Source: Hadesarchaea archaeon (GTDB lineage Archaea; Hadarchaeota; Hadarchaeia; Hadarchaeales; Hadarchaeaceae). From it: 33,578 nt of DNA. Position 1 is the stretch's first letter. The number at the start of each line of letters is the position of its first letter. A model generated the notes under the pieces. The model worked only from the letters and a program-made list of their open reading frames with translations. It was not told the DNA's origin and made no database searches. Position numbers and translations under genes: made by a program. Below, one piece after another: positions 1 to 7,881 of this stretch. Location of the stretch: contig DAOUSU010000002.1 of the NCBI GenBank assembly GCA_030627035.1, positions 1 through 33,578 on the forward strand, read 5' to 3'.

Positions 1-1477
1 ATTCCGCAAACTGAGCAACAGAAAGAAGACTCAATGCCGCGTCTGCATACTCGAGGGGTGAACCCGGATATCCTGGGATTGGGCCATTTACTCGTAAAAT
101 TTCTGGCATGCTATCCTCGATTAGCTTTGAAAGATTCCAAGTCGTGACAACCGTTTTTTCGTACAATACGCGATCCGCTTTCCACATCAATAGTGTCATT
201 TGCATGTTATTGAGAACAAGCCCCGCGATTATCCTTACTTCAGGGTATACGCCATCCTTGTAGAAAATTTTAGAAAGCGATTCCATAAAATTGTCTATTG
301 AACCTATTTTCGGAATTATTGGAAATCTTCCAGCCTCGATTTCTTTCAAAAATTGTTCAGCGATACGGGCTAACACGATGCTTTCCGCTAGATGAATATG
401 CCGTGGCTCTATGGTTTTTAGGGCTTCTCTCAGTGCCTCCGCAACTCTATTCAAGTAGAGTTCATAAGTGAGGTACGATTGCGGCTTGAGTCTTGATACA
501 AAGATATTGAGCGCTTTGACTATATCAGGAAAGTCTTTGAGGTGCTCTTTACAATAAGTAAATTTCTTATCAAACGACGCTCGAAGATGTCGGTACAGTG
601 GCATCCGTTCATATGCTAAATTAACAGAAGCTAATGCCACCGTAAATCTTCCAAATAAATTGTAGACCTCGCCGAGTATTAGCATATCGCCCCATTTAAT
701 TTCATCGAAAATTGCTTCGATTTTTTTGGTCAAAAAATTAGCAGTAGCTTGAGTGGGGCCGGCCCTCTCTAGTACATCTTTTAATGCGAGAAATTCTGCA
801 TAGCTACGCCTTACATTATCCGTTAGAATCTGAATCAAGACTCGAACATTTTCATCATCTGCAACGAAGGGGATCTCAAACTTTTTATTGTAAGCAGAAA
901 GTGTTTCGTCGATGGCCCGTTGAACAACCGTAGCGTCTCTTAAGGCAATTTCTTCCCAGCGTATCAATAATCTCTGAATGAATTGCAAAAGAAAATCAAC
1001 ATCAGACTCCGATTCCAATAAGGCATGTAAATTCAAAAGAATAAAACTCTTACCTGATCTGGGATCGATACATATACTATAACGTGACTTTTCAGGCGGG
1101 CGTTCAAATAACTCTACTACATGTTCTCCTACCCCAAATTTCTTACAGAGCGCGGTGACCATCCTGTAAGATAACTCCTTTGATGGAAACAGAATAACAT
1201 TTTGCTTAGGCGATACAAAAGCATGGCCTGTTAGACTGAGAAGAATCTTTGGGATTTCCTCAAAATCGACAAGACCTACCCGCTTACCTCCCTCAAAAAT
1301 TAACCATTCAATTAAAATGTCGTCTACCTTTTCATATTCGATAATGGCGGGAGTTAATCTTCCTCCACAAAGTTCGCACGTAGATCCTTCTCCATGCCTG
1401 TTACAGTAAAGCCTAGCGCATTTTTGACAGATCATGCCTTTAATAAAATTTTCAGGGCAGATTGCGCAACGAACCAT
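1..1477 (-). CDS. Hypothetical protein with a Cys-rich zinc-ribbon-like N-terminus; partial, C-terminus lies beyond the left window edge
   Basis: My own minus-strand translation from ATG (1477-1475) reads MVRCAICPENFIKGMICQKCARLYCNRHGEGSTCELCGGRLTPAIIEYEKVDDILIEWLIFEGGKRVGLVDFEE... and stays open for about 492 codons to position 1. I checked the first ~150 codons (1477-1021) codon by codon; the rest comes from a single-pass translation with no stop seen. It has no in-window stop, which explains why the supplied ORF track omits it. A GGGAGAGG Shine-Dalgarno-like run ends 4 nt upstream. There are seven Cys in the first 37 aa, arranged in CxxC-type pairs. I recognise no family for the helical remainder. 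The region is AT-rich. Confidence 0.6.
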   Translation of the reverse strand, partial: MVRCAICPENFIKGMICQKCARLYCNRHGEGSTCELCGGRLTPAIIEYEKVDDILIEWLIFEGGKRVGLVDFEEIPKILLSLTGHAFVSPKQNVILFPSKELSYRMVTALCKKFGVGEHVVELFERPPEKSRYSICIDPRSGKSFILLNLHALLESESDVDFLLQFIQRLLIRWEEIALRDATVVQRAIDETLSAYNKKFEIPFVADDENVRVLIQILTDNVRRSYAEFLALKDVLERAGPTQATANFLTKKIEAIFDEIKWGDMLILGEVYNLFGRFTVALASVNLAYERMPLYRHLRASFDKKFTYCKEHLKDFPDIVKALNIFVSRLKPQSYLTYELYLNRVAEALREALKTIEPRHIHLAESIVLARIAEQFLKEIEAGRFPIIPKIGSIDNFMESLSKIFYKDGVYPEVRIIAGLVLNNMQMTLLMWKADRVLYEKTVVTTWNLSKLIEDSMPEILRVNGPIPGYPGSPLEYADAALSLLSVAQFAE

Positions 1478-1573
1478 AATACCTCTCCCAAGTTTTAGTC
1501 CTCGGCGTATCATAAATGGCTTTTCTGACATGCTGAAAACCTTCATGCGTATAATCAACTAAGAGATCAAGTG

Positions 1574-2701
1574 TCAAACTAACCCATATGTCGTCGTTCG
1601 CTGCATGGGCACGCGTCCGAGTTCCAGGGCAAGTTTTTCGAGTTGTTTGGGGAGCATCGCCTGTCGCTTCCCTCCAGCAGCCCGCGTGATGTTCTCCTCG
1701 AGCAGCGTCCCCGAGAGGTCGTTGGCCCCGGCGCCCAGCATGATCTGTGCCCCCCGAGGGCCCAGCTTCACCCACGAGGTCTGGATGTTGTCGATGTGCC
1801 CCGCAAGCATCAGGCGCGCGACGGCATGCACGCGAAGGCTCTCAACGGTGTTCGGTGGCGAGCGGACGACGCCCTCATGATAAAGCGGGGTGTTGTAGGG
1901 CATGAACGCCAGCGGAACGAACTCGGTGAAACCCCCGGTCTCGCGCTGAATTTCGCGGATGAGCGCCAGATGTTCGGCCCGCTCGCGCGGCGTCTCAACG
2001 GTGCCGTAAAGCATGGTTGCGGTCGTGGGGAGGCCCAATCGATGGCATGTTTTGATGATATCGGTCCATTCTTTCGTGCTCGGCTTCTTCGGGCATATGA
2101 TTGCGCGGACGCGGTCAACCAGAATTTCAGCGGCAGTGCCCGGCACGGAGTTCAACCCGGCCTCGCGCAGCGTCTTGGCGACCTCCTCGATCGATAATCC
2201 ATCTCGCCTAGCCGCGTGGTCCAGCTCGGCGGGGGAGAACGCGTGAATGTGAATGCTTTGGGAAACGTTCCTCACTACACGGAGGATCGCGAGATAATCA
2301 TCAAACCCGAACTCCGGGTGCAATCCCCCCTGGATGCATACCTCGGTCGCCCCGAACTTCACCGCTTCACGAACTTTCGCAGCGATCTGCTCGGGGGTGA
2401 ACGCATAAGCGTCTGGGTCGCCGGGTGAGCGTCTGAAGGCGCAGAACTTGCAGGTACCCACGCAGACGTTAGTGAAATTTATGTTTCGATTAACCACGTA
2501 GGTCACGACATCCCCAACTGCTCGGCGCCTTACTTCATCTGCTACCCGAACCAATGCATGCAGCTCTGGCCCCTCGGCTTGTAACAGCTGTTCGCCCTCG
2601 GCCACGCTCAGCTCCTCACCGGCCAGCGCATGTTGCAAAATTTCTTCGAACTCCGGTTCAGCAAGCACGGTATCCATCCTCGTCTGCAAGCGCAAGGACA
2701 C
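1574..2701 (-). CDS. cofH: FO synthase subunit 2 (7,8-didemethyl-8-hydroxy-5-deazariboflavin synthase, CofH), radical SAM
   Basis: 375-aa ORF with the radical-SAM CxxxCxxC motif (CVGTCKFCAF) and a CofH-like length and layout. It lies immediately downstream of cofG and overlaps it. The start could be ATG 2701 or ATG 2677. Confidence 0.88.
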   Translation of the reverse strand: MSLRLQTRMDTVLAEPEFEEILQHALAGEELSVAEGEQLLQAEGPELHALVRVADEVRRRAVGDVVTYVVNRNINFTNVCVGTCKFCAFRRSPGDPDAYAFTPEQIAAKVREAVKFGATEVCIQGGLHPEFGFDDYLAILRVVRNVSQSIHIHAFSPAELDHAARRDGLSIEEVAKTLREAGLNSVPGTAAEILVDRVRAIICPKKPSTKEWTDIIKTCHRLGLPTTATMLYGTVETPRERAEHLALIREIQRETGGFTEFVPLAFMPYNTPLYHEGVVRSPPNTVESLRVHAVARLMLAGHIDNIQTSWVKLGPRGAQIMLGAGANDLSGTLLEENITRAAGGKRQAMLPKQLEKLALELGRVPMQRTTTYGLV

Positions 2702-3668
2702 TCATTCTCACCTCCCTCGACATGAACTTCTCGTCCTTCACATAACGCGGGTAGATCGGCAAGCGCTCGCGCGGCACGAAGCCGGCGCGCTCGACTGCGG
2801 CCCGAAGTTCTGCGACGCTTGGCCAGGGTTGCTCGGGATTTACGAAGTCGGGGGTCACGGACGAGATGCCCCCTAGGTCGTTCGCACCCGTGAGCAGGAA
2901 TTGATTTAAATCTCGCACCAAGTTGGGCGGCACTTGGATATTCATCTCTGGCATGAGCCGACGCGCCATCGCGACCGTCGCGAGTAACTCGCCCTCGCTC
3001 GGCCCCGCGTAGGTTGCCATGGGCGTGTTTGGTTTTGGCACGAACGGTTGGATGATGACCTCCTGGATGTGGCCGTATTTTGCCTGCAGTTCACGGATTG
3101 CGAGCAGCGATCGTGCCCTGTTCTCAGAGCTCTCACCTATGCCGATCAACAATCCGGTCGTGAAGGGTATTCGTAGTTTTCCCGCCGTTTTGACAACCTC
3201 GAGCCGAAGCTTGGGATCCTTCCCGGGGCTCTGCGCATGCGCGGGGAGTTCGGCGGCGCACTCGAGCATCAGCCCCATGCTGGCGTTGTAGCGGCGCAGC
3301 TGCCGAAGCTCCCGCTCATTCAGCAGGCCGGCGTTGGTGTGGGGGAGCAGGCCGAGTTCTAAAATTTGTTTGCAAAGGTATTCGAGGTAATCGATCGTGC
3401 TCCCGTATCCAAATGCCTCGAGTTTTTCCTTGGCCTCGGCATGAACCTCGGGCCGCTCGCCGAGGGTGAGCAAGGCTTCAGAACAGCCAGCGACTTTGGA
3501 CCTCTTCGCCAGCTCGAGGACTTGCGCGGGCGACATGAACCAAGCGCCATCGTTGGGGTCCCGCCTGAATCCGCAATAGGCGCAGCGGTTTCGGCAGAGG
3601 TTTGTGACAGGCAAGAAGACATTGCGGGAGTAGCTAACCTCTCGCCTGGGCCCTGAACCGCCATTCAA
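2658..3668 (-). CDS. cofG: FO synthase subunit 1 (CofG), radical SAM
   Basis: Radical-SAM motif CRNRCAYCGF preceded by SYSRNVFLPVTN, which is typical of CofG N-termini. The track ORF extends to TTG 3797, but that start would overlap the divergent cofC gene and the AT-rich promoter region. An in-frame TTG at 3668 leaves 11 aa before the conserved block, so I prefer it. The start remains uncertain. Confidence 0.85.
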   Translation of the reverse strand: MNGGSGPRREVSYSRNVFLPVTNLCRNRCAYCGFRRDPNDGAWFMSPAQVLELAKRSKVAGCSEALLTLGERPEVHAEAKEKLEAFGYGSTIDYLEYLCKQILELGLLPHTNAGLLNERELRQLRRYNASMGLMLECAAELPAHAQSPGKDPKLRLEVVKTAGKLRIPFTTGLLIGIGESSENRARSLLAIRELQAKYGHIQEVIIQPFVPKPNTPMATYAGPSEGELLATVAMARRLMPEMNIQVPPNLVRDLNQFLLTGANDLGGISSVTPDFVNPEQPWPSVAELRAAVERAGFVPRERLPIYPRYVKDEKFMSREVRMSVLALADEDGYRAC

Positions 3669-3716
3669 TCGAGCACCACCATAAAAGTGCGCGATGCCAT
3701 AAATACGCCTGATTAT

Positions 3717-4376
3717 ATGCCGACCTGGGCCATCATCCCCGTCAAGCGCCTGAGGGGGGCGAAGTCGAGCCTCAGCCAAACGCTGACGCCCGAACAACGC
3801 TGGGAGCTCGTGCTCTGCATGCTGGCCGACGTTCTGAATGCCCTGCGAGAGACATCGATGAAAGCGCTGGTCGTCTCACCTGATGATGGTGTCTTGGACT
3901 TCGCCGATGAACACGGTGCCGCATGTCTCAAAGAACCAGGGCTGGAGCTGAACGAGGCGCTAAAGCTTGCGATCCGTCACGTTTCAACCAAAGGCGCCGA
4001 CTCCGTGTTAATAATGCCCGCAGACCTGCCATTGCTCAAGGTGGCTGACATCGAGAACATCCTCGCAATGGCTTCCCTGCATAAGGATGTCGTGATCGCG
4101 CCCTCGAAGGCCAACGGAACGAATGCCCTTTTCCTGCGCCCACCGGACATCATCGAGCTGAAATTTGGCGGCGAGAGTTTCCCACTGCACGTTGCCGAAT
4201 GTCTAAAGAGAGATATTAACCCGCACGTTTATCGCTCACCAACCACTGCCACGGACATCGACGAAGCCGCCGATCTCCTGAGTGTTGAGACGTTGGGGCT
4301 GGGCACGCGCACGTACAATTTCCTGCGCTCGTTGGCTAGCGAGATGTCGACGGAAGGTCCGAATCGACGCGCGTGA
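3717..4376 (+). CDS. cofC: 2-phospho-L-lactate guanylyltransferase (CofC), F420 biosynthesis
   Basis: The N-terminus MPTWAIIPVKRLRGAKSSL matches the CofC/MobA-like signature (IIPVK...AKSRL). Length is about 220 aa and the gene is divergent from cofG. I prefer ATG 3717 to the track's GTG 3687. TATA-like runs (ATAAAA, ATAAATA, ATTATAT) lie at 3681-3717. Confidence 0.8.
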   Translation: MPTWAIIPVKRLRGAKSSLSQTLTPEQRWELVLCMLADVLNALRETSMKALVVSPDDGVLDFADEHGAACLKEPGLELNEALKLAIRHVSTKGADSVLIMPADLPLLKVADIENILAMASLHKDVVIAPSKANGTNALFLRPPDIIELKFGGESFPLHVAECLKRDINPHVYRSPTTATDIDEAADLLSVETLGLGTRTYNFLRSLASEMSTEGPNRRA

Positions 4377-4421
4377 TCAAGCAAGAGGGCTAGCTCAAGG
4401 AACGAATACGGGTTTTGAGGT

Positions 4422-4484
4422 GCCTCAGTCCGCCCATCAGTCATATCATGGCCGAAGCTCAGACGATGTTGTGACATCATCGGC
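4422..4484 (-). ncRNA. Candidate C/D-box sRNA (copy A)
   Basis: The minus-strand RNA reads cGCC-G-AUGAUGU-CACAACAUCGU-CUGA-GCUUCGGCC-AUGAUAU-GAC-UGAUGGGCGGA-CUGA-GGCa. It has a terminal 3-bp stem and a box C/box D pair able to form a kink-turn (bulge GAU, G.A/A.G, U.U, G-C). The internal D' CUGA is present and C' is degenerate. The D guide UGAUGGGCGGA is complementary to the universal 16S sequence CCGCCCGUCA. Confidence 0.55.
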
Positions 4485-4612
4485 GTTCAAGAAATGATCC
4501 TCTTCGGATAAGAATTTTATGAGACAACTGAAGTACTGCTAACTCGGCTTTCATCTTATTTTTTTGGAGCGGTTGATCGAAACCTTCGTTCAGGCGGGAA
4601 GAGGTCACCGAT

Positions 4613-4681
4613 GGCACGTCAGTCCGCCCATCATCCCGTCATCGCGAAGCTCAGACGATATTAATTAACATCATCCGTGCC
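4613..4681 (-). ncRNA. Candidate C/D-box sRNA (copy B)
   Basis: The minus-strand RNA reads GGCACG-G-AUGAUGU-UAAUUAAUAUCGU-CUGA-GCUUCGC-GAUGA-CGGGA-UGAUGGGCGGA-CUGA-CGUGCC. It has a perfect 6-bp terminal stem flanking box C and box D with canonical kink-turn geometry. The internal D' CUGA and C' cGAUGA can form a K-loop. The D guide is identical to copy A. A TTTTTAC run lies about 23 nt upstream. Confidence 0.6.
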
Positions 4682-4772
4682 AATTTAGTTCAGCTTTTGT
4701 CAAGTAAAAACGTTGAGGTTGAGAAGAAAGAAGAAAGCAGTTTTTATCTAACTTTTCTGATTAGTAAAGCGT

Positions 4773-5984
4773 TCATCCAAACATCCGCTCGGGCTTCGGT
4801 GTCTTTGGAATCTTGGCCGGAGGCAGAACCTTCGCTATCGCCAGATCGAAGTCGGCTCGCTCCACCCTCCCGCGTCCCTCGCGGATCGCAAACATCCCCG
4901 CCTCGGTGCAGATCGCCTTGATATCGGCTCCCGTTGCCCGGTCCGTCCGCTTCGCGAGTTCCTTCGCATCCACGTTCTTCGTCACGTTCATCCCCTTCAT
5001 GTGGATGTTGAAGATGATGGCTCGCGCCTCTTCGTTCGGGAGGGGGAAGTGGATTAGCCTGTCGAAGCGCCTAGGGCGAAGCAGGGCTGGGTCCAGGATG
5101 TCAGGGCGATTGGTCGCGGCCAAGATCTTGATGTCACCGCGTGGGTCAAATCCGTCGACCTCCGCCAGCAACTGCACGAGGGTGCGGTGGACCTCCCGAT
5201 CGCCGCTCGTGGATGCATCAAGGCGGCGGGCAGCGATCGCGTCGAGCTCGTCGATGAACACGATGCTCGGCGTCTTCTCGCGGGCCAGCTCGAACATCTC
5301 ACGCACCATCCGGGCCCCCTCGCCTATGTATTTCTGCACGAGCTCCGAGCCTATCACCCGGATGAAGGTTGCTCGAGTTTCGTGGGCAACCGCCCTAGCG
5401 AGCAAGGTTTTCCCGGTCCCGGGGGCGCCATAGAGGAGCACCCCCTTCGGGGGCTCGATGCCCACCTTCTTGAAAAGTTCGGGCTTCAGCAGCGGGAGTT
5501 CCACGCTCTCTCGAATTTCCTGAATCTGTTCCGCGAGCCCACCAACATCCGCATAGCTGACCTCCGGCGCCTCCTCGATCTCCATCCCGAGCACGAGCGG
5601 GTCCTTTTTCGATGGCAATATCTCCATTATGCTGAGATTTCGCTGGTTGAGCGCCACCCGCACGCCCGGCTTGAGCTGCTCCGGTTTGATGAGCTGTGGC
5701 ACGTTTACGACGAAATGGGGTCCGGTGCTGCTCCTAACGACCGCGCGCCCATCCGCCAGCGTATCTAGCAAAGTGGCAGCGACCAATGGCGGCGCGCGCA
5801 TCCGCTCGAACTCGGCGCGGAGGCTTCGAAGCTCGCGATCTATGTGCAGAGATCGACTCTCGAGCGAGCGCTTCTCGCGCTCCAGCTCACGGACGCGATT
5901 TTCCAGACTGTGGATGTAATCCGTAACATAGCTCTCGCCAAAAGCGTTTGCCCTCGGTTCCTTGGGTTTAGCTGCACCCGACAA
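4773..5984 (-). CDS. pan: Proteasome-activating nucleotidase (PAN), AAA+ ATPase
   Basis: 403 aa. The N-terminus is coiled-coil-like ([35 protein letters not shown]). Walker A is GAPGTGKT and Walker B is IVFIDELD, followed by an Rpt/PAN-type AAA module. Confidence 0.92.
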   Translation of the reverse strand: MSGAAKPKEPRANAFGESYVTDYIHSLENRVRELEREKRSLESRSLHIDRELRSLRAEFERMRAPPLVAATLLDTLADGRAVVRSSTGPHFVVNVPQLIKPEQLKPGVRVALNQRNLSIMEILPSKKDPLVLGMEIEEAPEVSYADVGGLAEQIQEIRESVELPLLKPELFKKVGIEPPKGVLLYGAPGTGKTLLARAVAHETRATFIRVIGSELVQKYIGEGARMVREMFELAREKTPSIVFIDELDAIAARRLDASTSGDREVHRTLVQLLAEVDGFDPRGDIKILAATNRPDILDPALLRPRRFDRLIHFPLPNEEARAIIFNIHMKGMNVTKNVDAKELAKRTDRATGADIKAICTEAGMFAIREGRGRVERADFDLAIAKVLPPAKIPKTPKPERMFG

Positions 5985-6056
5985 TTTTCTCTCTCCTCAA
6001 AACACTCTGTTGAGGTGCGCTTTTAAAGTTTCAGTGGAAATGAAGCCCGTCTAAAG

Positions 6057-7820
6057 CTAATGCCCCCGCCAAATCCAGTAGGCGACCAAACCGATCGCAA
6101 CTATCGCTCCCGCAACGAGTAAAAATGGCAACAGTTTTTCCCAGTCGATGAAAATCCCCTCCTCGCTCGGAGGCTTTCCGAGGGCAATGATAACGATGTT
6201 GGCATGTTGGATCGCGTCTTGGGCCAGCCGAATTGCATCCGCATCGCTTGCCATCTGCGCCTGTGCGAGCTCCGCGCGCGCAAGTTTGAGCTTCTGGTAC
6301 AAAGTTTCCATATTCTCGGATGCAAGCATTCCGTCCGCCCGGTCGATCGCCAGCTTCCCAGCTTGAATGAATGCCTGTGCGGCTTCGGGATTCGTGAGCA
6401 CAACGAGGTTCTCCTCCTCACCCACACTTGGTTGGCTATCCCGCCACTTGTACTCCGAGGCGGATTCGGATGAACTCAAACCGCGGACATTCCGAAGCAG
6501 ATGGATCGGGTCGAGCTTGAACAGGTAGTCGCCTGATGGTTTGGCCCAAGTCGGATCGGCTGGCTGCCACCCCTTACCCGGCAAATAGAACTCAACCCAC
6601 GCGTGACCGATGAATTTCTCCTCGTGGTACCCCCAGCCGAAATCGATGCGCGCCGGCAGGCCAACAGCTCGGCTTAAGGCGATCGTGAGGTCGCTGAAGC
6701 AATCGCAGTCCCCGGCTCCGGTGAGGAGGGTTCGGAGCGCCCCCTTTCGCTGCGGGGTGACCTCGTAACTGATGTAACTGCTAACGAATTCGACTATTCG
6801 CTCCGCCACGCGATAGGTGTTGGTTTCACCTCCAACTACCTCCTTGGCCCTCTGTTGGATGCTTGGATCATCGACCTCCCAGTACTCGTCCGCCTTCAGA
6901 TAGGGCGAGAGTTCTGCAGGCACCTCGGCCAATGTACCGACCTGGTCATCGGTAATATCGGGCAAGTAAACGATCTCGGAGAAGACGAGCTTGATGTTCA
7001 AATCCCGGCTTTCACCCGGCTGTAGGTCGCCAATTTCGAACACTCCATGCCAGTTGTTTTCGTTATCCACGTACATGGTTTCGATCGGCAGGCCGGACCA
7101 CTCAAGGGCGGCGAACTGCGATTGACTGTGGGAGAACAAAATCGTGTCGAGGAGGATGGTTTTGGAGTCCCTAGCCCCCGGGTTGCTGAAGTGCTCGGTT
7201 AGGGTGAGCTTGTAGTAAACTGGTTGCAAATAAAATCTTGTTTCTAGTCCATCGAAACTTCCTGGGGCGCTGACGCTTGTTTCATACTGGACGGTGGGCG
7301 GGTCGTTCTCCGAAAGCTGGGCTTTGTCCGGATTTTTCAGAAAAAGCGTTGAACCAGCGGGGCCCCGAATCCTCACGATGTATCTATGGCAAGGGAACCC
7401 ATCCGCATCCAGAGAGATCCCCCCAAATCTGCCCACATAGCTAGGGCCGGTTCCAGAGACCAAATCGCTGGCGTCATAAGAGATGTGATACGTCACTCTG
7501 GTTTTACCGCGAAGCGTGAAGCGGACCGTGATCTTCGTCTTTCCGAGAGGTCTATCTACATTGTAGCTCAGATTCCCCGCGTCGCCACAAACGTTGACGT
7601 TGGTGGTGTTCTCTGTTGGGATAATGCGCGTGATCGTGTAGGAAGAAGTTGCCCAAGATGGGCCAGGGTTATAGAGGGTGTAATTCTCGCTGGCGCCGAT
7701 GGTTCGATCCAGATTGATGTTGTAACTCAACTCCACAAGCTCGTAATATGCGGTCGCTGGCCGTGCACTGGCCGGCGCCGCCGTGGCCATCACGAGCACG
7801 ACCAATAACACAAGCAGCAT
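6057..7820 (-). CDS. Transglutaminase-like domain protein with a signal peptide and a C-terminal membrane anchor
   Basis: Transglutaminase core Cys-His-Asp context: GAGDCDCFSDLTIALSRAVGLPAR ... IGHAWVEFY ... GWQPADPT. ATG 7820 gives the signal-like N-terminus MLLVLLVVLVMATAAPASA. The C-terminal TM segment is LLPFLLVAGAIVAIGLVAYWIW. The track's start at 7931 would overlap hflX. Confidence 0.8.
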   Translation of the reverse strand: MLLVLLVVLVMATAAPASARPATAYYELVELSYNINLDRTIGASENYTLYNPGPSWATSSYTITRIIPTENTTNVNVCGDAGNLSYNVDRPLGKTKITVRFTLRGKTRVTYHISYDASDLVSGTGPSYVGRFGGISLDADGFPCHRYIVRIRGPAGSTLFLKNPDKAQLSENDPPTVQYETSVSAPGSFDGLETRFYLQPVYYKLTLTEHFSNPGARDSKTILLDTILFSHSQSQFAALEWSGLPIETMYVDNENNWHGVFEIGDLQPGESRDLNIKLVFSEIVYLPDITDDQVGTLAEVPAELSPYLKADEYWEVDDPSIQQRAKEVVGGETNTYRVAERIVEFVSSYISYEVTPQRKGALRTLLTGAGDCDCFSDLTIALSRAVGLPARIDFGWGYHEEKFIGHAWVEFYLPGKGWQPADPTWAKPSGDYLFKLDPIHLLRNVRGLSSSESASEYKWRDSQPSVGEEENLVVLTNPEAAQAFIQAGKLAIDRADGMLASENMETLYQKLKLARAELAQAQMASDADAIRLAQDAIQHANIVIIALGKPPSEEGIFIDWEKLLPFLLVAGAIVAIGLVAYWIWRGH

Positions 7821-7881
7821 TTTTCTCAACTGATTCCCCACCTTTTTTGAGTTAAACCAGCGATATTTTAAACGGTGCCGT

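Noticed and set aside
4813-5768. Long antisense or shadow ORFs inside confident genes. Examples: 4813-5433 and 5187-5768 in pan, 1643-2197 in cofH, 8457-8924 in hflX, 12346-12864 in the phosphoesterase gene, 15031-16159 in AcnX, 16634-17728 in UbiD/mvk, 20919-21548 in the transglutaminase gene, 31089-31826 in the ABC genes, 33155-33419 opposite the small basic/acidic ORF.
   Set aside because: Their products are Ser/Arg/Pro/Ala-rich with no motifs. Each lies fully within a gene on the other strand or frame that carries strong family signatures. This is expected in GC-rich DNA.
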